DNA from: a bacterium
GTDB taxonomy: Bacteria; UBA8248
Reading direction: 5' to 3'
DNA: 64,000 nucleotides
Assembly (NCBI GenBank): GCA_965203325.1
Contig: OZ241875.1
Coordinates: 2,464,001 to 2,528,000 of the forward strand
Part shown: piece by piece, positions 50,201 to 60,000 of the stretch
How positions within the stretch are numbered: the first letter of the stretch is position 1
Layout of the letters: each line of letters opens with the position of its first letter
Notes under the pieces: generated by a model
What the model saw: only the letters and a program-made list of their open reading frames with translations
Database searches by the model: none
What the model was told of the DNA's origin: nothing
Translations under genes and position numbers: made by a program

Positions 50201-51418
50201 ATGAGCAAGACGTCCATCAAACCCGCCCTTCGTCCCGGCGAATTCGTCCCCCTCATCGCCCTCCTGATGGCGCTCGTCGCGCTTTCTATCGACGCGATAC
50301 TGCCGGCGCTGCCCGTGATAGGCCAAGACCTCGGGGCACCGCGCCGGAACGACGTTCAGTTCGTCGTCACGGCCGTGCTTCTGGGGCTCGGCCTCGGGCA
50401 GATCGTTTTCGGCCCCCTCTCCGACAGGATCGGGCGCAAGCCCTCCATCAATATCGGCCTCGTTCTGTTCATGTCGGGATGCGTCATGAGCACCTTCGCA
50501 TCCACCTTCGAGGTGATGATTGCGGGCCGCGTGCTGCAGGGGGCCGGAATCGCGGGACCGCGCATCGTGACCGTCGCCCTGGTGCGCGACCAGTACGAAG
50601 GACGCCAGATGGCCCGTCTCATGTCCTTTGCGATGGCCGTGTTCATTCTCGTTCCCACCGTCGCGCCTGCCCTCGGGCTGGGGATACTGTGGCTGGGCGG
50701 CTGGCGCGCGATATTCGCCGCCTTCTTCATCATCGCCATGGTCACGCTCGCGTGGTTTTCACTTCGCCAGCCCGAAACCCTGCCCCCCGCCCGTCGGCGG
50801 CCCCTCTCCCCGCGCGCCATCGGCGGCGCCGTCCTGGAGGTCCTGCGGATCCGGGCCGCGCTCGGATATACCGTGGCCACCGGATGCGTGTTCGCGCCGT
50901 TCGTGGCCTACTTGAGCTCCTCCCAGCAAATCTTCCAGGAGGCCTACAATACCGGCGCGCTTTTCCCGGCCTATTTCGGCGTGCTGGCGCTCGCTTTCGG
51001 CGGCGCCTCGCTCGTGAACGGGTGGCTCGTCATGAAGTACGGGATGCGCCGGCTCTCGCGGAGGGCGACGGCCTCCATGACGCTGGTCTCGGTCGTCGCC
51101 CTGGCGCCGGCCTTCGCCTTCGAGGGGCTTCCTCCGCTCTGGATGTTCATGACCTACCTGCTCCTCGTCTTTCTCTGCATCGGGCTCCTCTTCGGAAACC
51201 TCAATGCGCTCGCCATGGAACCCATCGGCCACATCGCCGGCGTGGGAGCGGGGGTGGTCGCCACGCTCTCTACCTTCATCTCGGTGCCGTTCGGCGCGCT
51301 CGTGGGCCACAGTTTCGATGGCACCATGTACGCGCTGATCGCCGCTTTCGGGGTCTTCGGGGCAGGGACCTACGCCGCCATGAGATGGGCCGAGGGAGGG
51401 GGATACGGTTCTTCGTAG
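50201..51418 (+). CDS. MFS drug/H+ antiporter (Bcr/CflA family)
   Basis: LSIDAILPALP, GPLSDRIGRKP motif A, RDQYEGRQMAR, PETLP. Confidence 0.93.
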   Translation: MSKTSIKPALRPGEFVPLIALLMALVALSIDAILPALPVIGQDLGAPRRNDVQFVVTAVLLGLGLGQIVFGPLSDRIGRKPSINIGLVLFMSGCVMSTFASTFEVMIAGRVLQGAGIAGPRIVTVALVRDQYEGRQMARLMSFAMAVFILVPTVAPALGLGILWLGGWRAIFAAFFIIAMVTLAWFSLRQPETLPPARRRPLSPRAIGGAVLEVLRIRAALGYTVATGCVFAPFVAYLSSSQQIFQEAYNTGALFPAYFGVLALAFGGASLVNGWLVMKYGMRRLSRRATASMTLVSVVALAPAFAFEGLPPLWMFMTYLLLVFLCIGLLFGNLNALAMEPIGHIAGVGAGVVATLSTFISVPFGALVGHSFDGTMYALIAAFGVFGAGTYAAMRWAEGGGYGSS

Positions 51419-51472
51419 GGGAACGGGACTTCACCGCTTGCGTGGGAATCACCTTGAATGTCTGGTTTTTCC

Positions 51473-51632
51473 GTAGGGACAGGCCTCCGTGCCTGTCCTG
51501 ATTGCAACCATCCTGCAAAGGGACAACCACGGAGGGCAGGACAACCCGAAAGGGTTGTCCCTACAGCGGCGGAAAACCGCCATCTCGACCGGAGCAGAGT
51601 TTTCAACAGCCCCCTCAAGGGGGGGTAGGGGG
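51473..51632. repeat. GTAG REP doublet plus partial palindromic arm
   Basis: GTAGGGACAGGCCTCCGTGCCTGTCC ... GGACAACCCGAAGGGTTGTCCCTAC; CCCCTCAAGGGGGGGTAGGGGGG. Confidence 0.7.
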
Positions 51633-51775
51633 AGGCTTTTTCACCAGTCCCATAACTTGGATTTGCTGCGACAAATTCGAGCGTCCCACAGGGTGTGCCC
51701 GCATGAAACGGCTGCCAAACACGAGGATGTTCCACGGAGCCTGCCAGTATTCAAACTGGCGGAAAGGCGTGGAGC

Positions 51776-52141
51776 GTGACACGTCTGCGCTGCCTCGTCA
51801 GGTGGGTTTGGAAGTGGGCCGTGCATTGCTTCCTCCGCCCCTACCGAACGTTGGTTGTCGAAGAAACATTACCGGATCGACTTGAGCGGCGTATCCTATA
51901 CATAGTTCGTGAGGACGGGTTCAACGAGCAGACTGCGTTGCTGTGTCCATGTGGTTGCGGTTCTATTCTCCACATTAACTTGCTACCCGATGAATACCCT
52001 TGCTGGCGTGTGACGCAGAATATCGATGGGACGGCGACACTCTACCCATCGGTTTGGCGGAAAAAGGGCTGCGGCTCGCATTTTTGGCTTCGGAATGGTC
52101 ACATCCAATGGTGTCAGGTAGCGAAACTATCTGCGCGCTGA
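51776..52141 (+). CDS. DUF6527-like Cys/His-rich protein
   Basis: LYIV...CPCGCG..L.INL..W...TLYPSVW...CGSHFWLRNG.I.W signature. Confidence 0.75.
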   Translation: MTRLRCLVRWVWKWAVHCFLRPYRTLVVEETLPDRLERRILYIVREDGFNEQTALLCPCGCGSILHINLLPDEYPCWRVTQNIDGTATLYPSVWRKKGCGSHFWLRNGHIQWCQVAKLSAR

Positions 52142-52553
52142 TCGTGGCACAAACCATCGTCAACTACTTTATACCCGAATAGTTTCCCCCAGCTTTACGA
52201 TGGCCGATATCTTCTATGCCTAGCTAGACTGCAAGCGTATAGACTCGCATTCGTTCGGTAAGCAGGACGAGGTGCACTTCGCCAAGGGTGTGGACCGGAG
52301 CATTTGGATAAAATTTATAGGTGTCTGAGCATGGTCATAATGAAGCCATTACGGGCTGGATTTTGGAAGATTGTCCGACAGGACCCCGCTTAGACACTCA
52401 GAAGTTGTAATTCATCCGCTTTCGTTTTGATTACGTCCTTTGAACAACGAATCCCGAGCGAAAACAGGAACAATGAGCCTTTCCAAATAATATCAACGGG
52501 ATAAGTCAATGAGCAAAAGCTCTGCACCGGATGATTTTCGTGAAGATGCGCTA

Positions 52554-53144
52554 TCACGTGATGAATTCGATGATCAGGCGCGCCGCCTCTTCGGGGGAAA
52601 GGTTCGTGGTGTCCAGTCTAATATCGGGGTTCTCGGGCGCCTCGTAGGGCGAGTCGAGGCCAGTGAAGTTCTTGATCTCCCCTGCGCGGGCGCGCGAGTA
52701 GAGGCCCTTGGGGTCGCGTGATTCGCAAACTTCGAGCGGCGCGTCGACGAAGATCTCGACGAACTCGCCCTCGCCCACCATCCGGCGAACCATGCCGCGG
52801 TCCGCCCGGAAGGGCGAGATCAAAGAAACCAGCACGATCAGCCCGGCGTCGAGCATCATCTTCGCCACCTCGCCCACGCGGCGGACGTTCTCCACCCGGT
52901 CGGCGTCGGTGAAGCTGAGATCGCGGCTCAGTCCGCGGCGCACCTTGTCGCCGTCAAGGAGGTACGTGTGTCGCCCGGCGTTGAACAACAGGCGCTCCAC
53001 GCGGTTGGCGATGGTCGTCTTGCCCGAGCCGGAAAGACCCGTGAACCAGAGTATGCGGGGCGTCTGGCGCTTCCGGCTCACGCGGGCGCGCTTGTCAACC
53101 TCGCCCGCCTCTTCCAAATCGACAACGCGTCCCTCTTCGCTCAT
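52554..53144 (-). CDS. cysC: Adenylyl-sulfate (APS) kinase
   Basis: [61 protein letters not shown]. Confidence 0.95.
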   Translation of the reverse strand: MSEEGRVVDLEEAGEVDKRARVSRKRQTPRILWFTGLSGSGKTTIANRVERLLFNAGRHTYLLDGDKVRRGLSRDLSFTDADRVENVRRVGEVAKMMLDAGLIVLVSLISPFRADRGMVRRMVGEGEFVEIFVDAPLEVCESRDPKGLYSRARAGEIKNFTGLDSPYEAPENPDIRLDTTNLSPEEAARLIIEFIT

Positions 53145-53479
53145 CGGAAACAGCGCTCCCGCTTCTTCGGTTTTATTGACACCTCGCCATCATGGCCCAT
53201 CACGTGGCCCTCGCGCCGGGATTTGCGCGCTGCGGACTTCACGGCTGTCGAATTCCGGAAGGCGATCATCTCGCGGAACTTCCAGGTGGTGTCGACGTGC
53301 ATGAGGGGAAACGGCGGCGGGGCAGGATAAAACGCCTTCGTCGCCAGATGCAGCATGACGGAGGAGTCCTTGCCGATGGAATAGAGCATGACGGGACGGC
53401 GGCACTCGGCCATCACTTCCCGCATGATGTGGATGCTCTCCGCTTCAAGGCGCTGAAGGTGGCTGGGCTTGCGCATCAT
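53141..53479 (-). pseudogene. cysD: Sulfate adenylyltransferase subunit 2 (CysD/NodP) with a large in-frame internal deletion
   Basis: First about 75 aa are CysD ([41 protein letters not shown]). The tail [19 protein letters not shown] resembles the CysD C-terminus ERQGRxIDxD..SME.KK.EGYF. Total 112 aa vs about 300 normally. Confidence 0.8.
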
Positions 53480-53920
53480 ATCCCATCGATTTCATGAGGT
53501 GGGCGGCAATTCCGTTCAATGTTTGCGCGCGCTCAGCTTGGCTGTGAGGCCATCCTTGAACCGATAGATTCCAAACGTGATGATTTCCGGGAATTCGTCT
53601 GAAATTACGTCGAGTCACCGCCGGCACAGGGTCGCCAGAGAGAGCACTACCGCCATCTTGCCGAATCCCGACCCGACGCGTATGTGATCGCCGCCGCCGG
53701 TCTGTTGCCGGATCTTCCAAGAGGGCGAAGGAGTCGATGCCCTGTAGCTGGACCCGGCAGTTCTCGCAGGCGACGTGGGTGGGCATATTTGGTAAGGGCG
53801 TGAACCGAATAACCATCTCATATCCTGATCGTGATTACCGTGAGTTTTGAAATCTGACAGTGGAGAATATAGCATTGGAAACGACCCGGTGAAATCAATT
53901 TCTCAGGCCTTGAGCAGGCA

Positions 53921-55309
53921 ATGGAGGATATGCAAGTGGCCAGGACAATCGACCTGAGCGTTGGCCCGATACCCGGCCATTTCCGCAAAATGGCGATTCC
54001 CGCCGCGATCGGAGTTGCGGTCACCAGCCTGTACAACGTCGTGGACAATTATTTCGCGGGCCTGCTGTCGGTGGAAAGCCTCGCCGTGCTCTCGCTCGCC
54101 ACCACCGTGATCTTCCTGCTCACCGTGCTGTCTATCGCCACGAACGCCGCGATAGTCGCTCTCGTCGGCAACGCCCTGGGCGCGCAGAAATTCGCGGATG
54201 CGAAACGATTGGCTTGCCAGGGGCTGAGCTACGCGGTCATCCTCTCGCTCGCGCTGGCCATCGTCTTCCTGGCGCTTGCACCCTCGCTTATAGGCGCGAT
54301 TTCGGTGCCGGGAAGCCTTAGAGAGACGACCATCGCCTATCTGAATATCGCTATTCTATCCACGCCCGCGTTTATTGTGGCGTTCAGCGCCAACGGGATT
54401 CTGATGACGCAGGGCCAGGCGGTCCACATGCTGCGCGCCCAGACAGCGTCCTGCATCGCGAACATCGGCCTGAACCCGCTCTTCATGTTCGGATTTCCGG
54501 GCGTGATCCCGGGACTTGGCATCATCGGCATCGCCGTCTCGACCCTGGTCTGTCAGGCCGGCGTGATGGTTTTCATCCTCCGCCAAGCCCTGAACTCGGA
54601 TCTCATGCGCAAGGGCGGATCGTCGACCTACCGTCCGATACGGGAGGATTTCGCCAGCATCGCGAAAATGGCGCTTCCCATCGGCACGGGCTACGCCCTG
54701 ATCGTGATCGGCATATTCGTCGTGCAGGTTTATCTCAAAAAATTCGGCCCAGAGGCGATAGCCGCGTTCGGGGTCGGATTCAGAATCCAGCAGATCCTCC
54801 TGATGGCGGGACTTGCCATGGCGACCACGCTGCGCGCGATTGCCGCTCGGAACTTCGGAGCGGGCGAATACGACCGCGTACGCGAGGCGTTCCGGTTCTG
54901 CATCAGGGCCGGAGCCGGGTTCATGTTCCTGGCGGCGCTGCTCCTCTGGATGGCCGGCCGTCCGCTCATGACCTTGTTCGCGGACGATAAGGAGGTCGTT
55001 CGCATCGGCGCCGACTTTCTGAGGGTATACGGATTGTTGCTGCCGGTTCACCTATTCACTTTCTCCATGGATTCGCTGCTCCAGGCCTTCAAGCGTCCGG
55101 CGATTACGCTCTTCGTCACCATATACAGGGAAATATTCGGTATCGCGTTCTTCGTGGGCGTATTCGTACTTGCCCTGGGAATGGATACGCTGGGCGTCTG
55201 GCTCGGAGTCGCCGCGAGCGTCGTCACCGCATGTCTTCTGGCTTTGCTCACCACGATGCGAGTCGCACGTCAGGAGATGGGCGGGCTGTTCCGAGCCAAG
55301 ACTGGTTGA
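53921..55309 (+). CDS. MATE family efflux transporter
   Basis: AIPAAIG...SLYNVVD..F.G.L, NIGLNPLFMFG, FGPEAIAAFGVG.R, NFGAG.Y.RV. Confidence 0.92.
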   Translation: MEDMQVARTIDLSVGPIPGHFRKMAIPAAIGVAVTSLYNVVDNYFAGLLSVESLAVLSLATTVIFLLTVLSIATNAAIVALVGNALGAQKFADAKRLACQGLSYAVILSLALAIVFLALAPSLIGAISVPGSLRETTIAYLNIAILSTPAFIVAFSANGILMTQGQAVHMLRAQTASCIANIGLNPLFMFGFPGVIPGLGIIGIAVSTLVCQAGVMVFILRQALNSDLMRKGGSSTYRPIREDFASIAKMALPIGTGYALIVIGIFVVQVYLKKFGPEAIAAFGVGFRIQQILLMAGLAMATTLRAIAARNFGAGEYDRVREAFRFCIRAGAGFMFLAALLLWMAGRPLMTLFADDKEVVRIGADFLRVYGLLLPVHLFTFSMDSLLQAFKRPAITLFVTIYREIFGIAFFVGVFVLALGMDTLGVWLGVAASVVTACLLALLTTMRVARQEMGGLFRAKTG

Positions 55310-55772
55310 CGATGACGGACATCCCCGAAACCTGTGCGGGTCGAGATTCGTTATACTCGCGTTGATGCAGCAGGGTCGCGGCGCTCGACCGCGAGATGCG
55401 CTTGCGCACCTCGCCAGCCTCTCGTGCGGGTTCGTCGCTTCACTTCATCGTCCTTGCCTACCCGGGGCAGAAAATACTGCAGAAAACTAAAAATACACGA
55501 TAATGCTATGATAATAAGGATATTAAATACGAAAAAAATAAGCGGCTATTGTATAATTGAACATGAATCAGGATCAGGATTTCCATTTAGCATAAGGGGA
55601 GGTTCTTCGCCGCCCGGGAGGGACTCGGCGAAGCCCGGGGAGACCGTGGAATCATGGATTGTGAGTTCTCGACGCTGAACGATAGCGACGCGTCCGTGGT
55701 ATACCGCCCTAGGCAATCCGCTAGGAAACCGCGAGCGTACCGGACACGGCCGAAGTGTCCTCGCTCGCAAGA

Positions 55773-56180
55773 GGCGCCGCTCGTTCCCCATACTCGGTTT
55801 TTCCACCGCCGCGTGGAAGCTCGCCCCGCGCGAGGGCTTTATGGGCTGGACGCCGCAGTTGCGCGAGAAGAACCTCTCTCCTCGTGGTCGACAACCCGAG
55901 GTTCCTCATCCTGCCATGGATCAAGGTCCCCGGCCTCGGCTCGCACCTCATCGCCATCATCCGCAGGCGCCTGCCCGGAGACTGGACCCAGCGCTATGGC
56001 ATCACCCCCGTGTTCATCGAGACCTTCGTCGAGACGCCGCGCTACACCTTCACCGTCTACAGGGCATCGGGATGGATCCGCGTTGGAACCACACAGGGAC
56101 GAGGGCGCTACGACAGGGACAGAAAGGATGTCCGGCTGCGGCCGCTCCGCAGCGACTGGAAGCAAGTCCTCAACCGCTGA
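55773..56180 (+). pseudogene. DUF4338 (IS-associated/DruA-like) C-terminal remnant, frameshifted
   Basis: GFSTAAWKLAPRE.FMGW...REKNL in one frame continues as LVVDNPRFLILPW...L..DW..RYG..PV..ETFV...YRASGW..VG.TQGRG in another, with the shift near 55878; N-terminus missing. Confidence 0.7.
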
Positions 56181-56252
56181 AACAATCTCCATCACCCCAC
56201 GACCGAATCGATTACCCATCTACTAATCCACCCAATTCATGAAGGAAGCGAT

Positions 56253-56600
56253 ATGTCGATTGATATAGCATGGGAGCGAAGCGGCGATTTGTTGGTTGCC
56301 TTGATATCGGGCCGTCTCGACGGCAGCACCGCCGATTTGTGCGATAGCGCGCTCGAATCCGGTGTTGACGATGATGATCATGGACTCGTCATAGATTTCG
56401 AGAACTTGTCCTACATCAGCAGCGCGGGCCTTCGGATCGTCTTGAGAGCCGCAAGGAAGTTCACCGGACCGGACAAGAAATTCGCGATCTGCTCGCTGTC
56501 CGATTCCGTAAGGGAGATTGTGGCGATCAGCGGTTTCGACAAGCTCATCGCGGTTCACGGTTCACGGGAAGAGGCGATCAGCGAACTCAACAAAGGCTAA
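56253..56600 (+). CDS. STAS-domain anti-sigma factor antagonist (SpoIIAA/RsbV-like)
   Basis: SGRLD, VIDFENLSYISSAGLRIVL (phosphoacceptor Ser region), VREI..ISGF. Confidence 0.92.
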   Translation: MSIDIAWERSGDLLVALISGRLDGSTADLCDSALESGVDDDDHGLVIDFENLSYISSAGLRIVLRAARKFTGPDKKFAICSLSDSVREIVAISGFDKLIAVHGSREEAISELNKG

Positions 56601-56658
56601 GCCTTCTCCACTTTCGGAGACGCAAAGAGCGTGGAGAACATTTTTAGGGAGATCCAGA

Positions 56659-56946
56659 ATGAATGACACCAACCGTGAAGAAAAAGTCGTTTCCATAAAA
56701 AGTGCCGTCGATTTCGACATCGTGGCGGACAACATGCTCGAGATCGCGGAATTTACGGTCGAGAAGTACGAATTCAGAAATGACACCACGCTTCCCGCCG
56801 AAGTGCGCGAGGAGGCGATGGCGCAGATCAGAAACGTCCTGTGGGCGAAAGTCGAGGAACTGAAACAGCGGCGCAAGGAGATTCTCGAAGATATGTTCAA
56901 CATGGCGGAACAAGCACTCGATAACATCGTGGAGAACAAGGACTAG
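56659..56946 (+). CDS. Small acidic helical hypothetical protein (95 aa)
   Basis: AGGGAG RBS, host-like codon usage, lies between the STAS gene and the PKS on the same strand. Confidence 0.7.
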   Translation: MNDTNREEKVVSIKSAVDFDIVADNMLEIAEFTVEKYEFRNDTTLPAEVREEAMAQIRNVLWAKVEELKQRRKEILEDMFNMAEQALDNIVENKD

Positions 56947-57086
56947 CACGAATTGCGCGGCGCACGCGGCACTGGCCGGGATCACCGAGGCCAACCAAAG
57001 GCGAGAATCATGATGGAGCAGGCCGCTGTTCCTGATGCGCGTATCCGGGGATATGGCCGGGAATCCAGAGCGCTGAGGAGGGCTCT

Positions 57087-60000
57087 ATGGGCTCTGCCGA
57101 ACCAGATTATCCGGTAGCGATTGTAGGCTACAGCTACCGTATGCCGGGCGGGATCCATACCGATGACGATTTCTGGCGTCTGCTCAGCGAACGCGAAATC
57201 GTCCAGGAGCCGGTAGCGGACCGCTACGGCAGAGGCTACCAGCCGATCGGCGGATTCTCCGGCCTGGGCCGCTTCGCCAGTCCGTATGAGGGGCTGATTC
57301 GGGAGGACGGAGAAAAGCTCATCGATCGCGGTCTTTTCGGCTTGTCGCAGGACGAAGTGGTTTCGATGGACGCGCAGGTGAAGATGCTGTTGTCTTGCTC
57401 CTGGGAGACCTTCGAGCGCGTCGGTTGGGACATGCATTCGTTGCGCAACAGTCCTACGGGCGTTTTCATCGGAGGTCAGACCCCGGCAACGGCCAACTGG
57501 CGCCCGATGCAGGGCGCCGGCCCGTTTGACGTCATGAACACCAGTCTCGCCATGCTGGCCAACCGCATTTCCTACCACTTCAATCTGATGGGACCGTCGG
57601 CCACCTATTGCACCGCATGTTCCGCCAGTCTCACCGCCTTGCACGCGGCTGTCGCCGCGCTCCGCTCGGGTGACTGCGAACAAGCCCTCACCGGGTCTGT
57701 GAACTACCTGGTAGGGTCCCGATTGAGCGCCGCATTCAACGTTCTTGGCGTCATCAGCCCGGACGGCAAGTGCCATTCCTTCGATGCGGAGGCCAACGGG
57801 TACATGCGCTCGGAAGGGGCCTTCGTATTTGCGTTGAAGCCCCTCGAGGCGGCCGAACGGGACGGGGACCCCATCCACGCCGTAGTGGAGGCGACGGCCG
57901 TCAATTCGGCCGGCGCCGCCGACGGCAGCAGCGGCCTGGCCCAAGGGCGGTACATTACCGCGCCCACTCGTCATGCGCAGATTGAGCTGATGCGCACGGC
58001 CCGTGAACGCGCCGGCAGGTCGCCGCAGGACTTCGACTATGTAGAAGCCCACGCCACCGGGACCGTGGTGGGTGATCGAATCGAAGGCAATGCCATTTCA
58101 GAGGCGTTCGGCGGAGTCGAACGCGAGGTTCCCCTCCGGATTTCCAGCGTGAAGAGCAACGTCGGACACATGGAAGCCGCCGCTTTCCATTGCGCCCTGC
58201 TCAAGGTCATCCTGATGATGCAGCGGCGCACGTTCGCGCCGAACTCCAAGAATTTCCTGGTGCCGAATCCGGAGATCGACTTCGAGAGCTGCCCCATACA
58301 GGTGCAGACGATCTGCGAATCCTTCCCTGAGCGCCCTGCCGTGGTCGGCGTCAATTCGTTCGGCTTCGGCGGTGCGAACGGACACTGCGTGGTGCGTGAG
58401 TACGCTCCCGAGAAGCCGCGGAGCTGGTCGTCAGCCCTGGCCCCGAAAGCCGGATTCATGATTCCGCTCTCGGCGCGAACCTCCGGCGCATTGACCCGGA
58501 GCGCGCGGCAACTGCGCGAAGCGCTGGACGAGCAGGAGATGGACCTCTATACGCTGGCCGGGAACCTCAGCCGCCGCCGCACCCATTTCGCCACCCGCAC
58601 TGCCTTTGCAGCGCGTGACCAACGGGAACTGGTAGAGGCGCTGGACGCCTTCATCGAAGACCCCGCGCCGGTCGCCACCGTAGATGATCGCGAGCGACGG
58701 GTGGCTTTGGTCTTCTCCGGGCAGGGCACGCAATGGGCCGGTTGCGGCCGCGCGCTCTACGATGCGGACCCCGTTTTCCGCCGCACGGTCGACGCCATCG
58801 ACGAGCACTGGCGGGAGCACTCGGACTTCTCGCTGCGTGAAGCCTGTTTTTCCGTCTCCCAGGAGGAAATCAACGAAGTCCAGTTGGCCCAGCCCGTCAT
58901 TTTCATGATCCAGTGCGCGCTGGTGGAGCTGCTTAAAACCTGGGGCGTCTATGCGGATTGCGTGGTCGGCCACAGCTCCGGGGAGGTCGCCGCCGCATAC
59001 GCCTGCGGAGCGCTCTCGCTGGCGGAGTCGACGCGCCTGGTGTTCCATCGCGCCACGCTGCAGCAGCGCGTGGCCGGTTCGGGCCGCATGTTGGCGGTCG
59101 GCCTCGACCGGGCGGGCGTGGAGGAAATGCTCGAAGCGCTGCGCGTTCCCTTCCGACCCGAAGAAGGACCGACTCAGGTGGAGGTCGCCTGCGAGAACGC
59201 GCCGGCCAACACCGTCATCTGCGGCAAGGAGGCCTCCCTGCGGCCCATCATGGAGGAACTCGAGCGGCGCCGCCTGCAGAATCAACTGCTGCCGGGCAAT
59301 ATCGCTTTCCACTCCAGCGCCATGGACCCGCTCGAAGACGACGCGCTGGCGGCCCTCTCCTTCCTCAACGATTGCGTCTTCGAGGCCGAGGCGCCGTTCG
59401 TCTCTTCGGTGAGCGGCGTGAAGACGGAGCGGCTGGAGGGCGCCTACTGGTGGTCGAATATCCGCAAGCCTGTGCAGTTCGCTGCGGCGATGGAAACCAT
59501 CAAGCAGGATTACCGGCCCGACGTGGTGCTGGAAATCGCGCCCCACAGCGCCTTGCAGCCCATCATCGCACAATGTCTGGAAGACGCTCCGGCGATGGCA
59601 TGCATCCCGACGCTGATGAGAAACACGGATGTATGCCTCGGCTTTCAGCAGACTCTGGGCGCCCTTTTCCGGGCCGGCGTACCACTGGATTTCGCCGCCC
59701 AGTATCCGCGTCCCGAGCCTGTCGCCCATGTGCTTCCCGGATATCCGAGAGAAGAGCAGGCTGTGGTGGACATCATGCGCGACGACGAGTTCTACGTTCG
59801 GCAGGGGGAGTATTCGCATGGCCCGCTGGTCGGGCACAGAGTGCCTAGTGAGCACATGCTCTTCGAAGCAAGGCTTTCCGAGGCGGACTTTCCCTGGCTG
59901 GCGGATCACCGCGTCCATCATGCGGCGATCTTGCCGGGGGCCGGCTACATCGAACTGATCCTGGAAGCTCTTGGGGGCGTTCCCGTTTACTTCGACGTGA

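Noticed and set aside
6723..51632. Recurrent palindromes as a CRISPR array
   Set aside because: Dispersed, variable in sequence, no regular repeat-spacer period and no cas genes.
53445..53875. Short ORFs between cysD and the MATE gene (and 52150-52550)
   Set aside because: No recognisable family, RBS or host-like codon pattern; probably decayed or non-coding DNA.
55773..56180. Druantia defence system (DruA/DUF4338)
   Set aside because: Only a frameshifted C-terminal fragment, with no DruE helicase or other dru genes; better explained as an IS-associated remnant.
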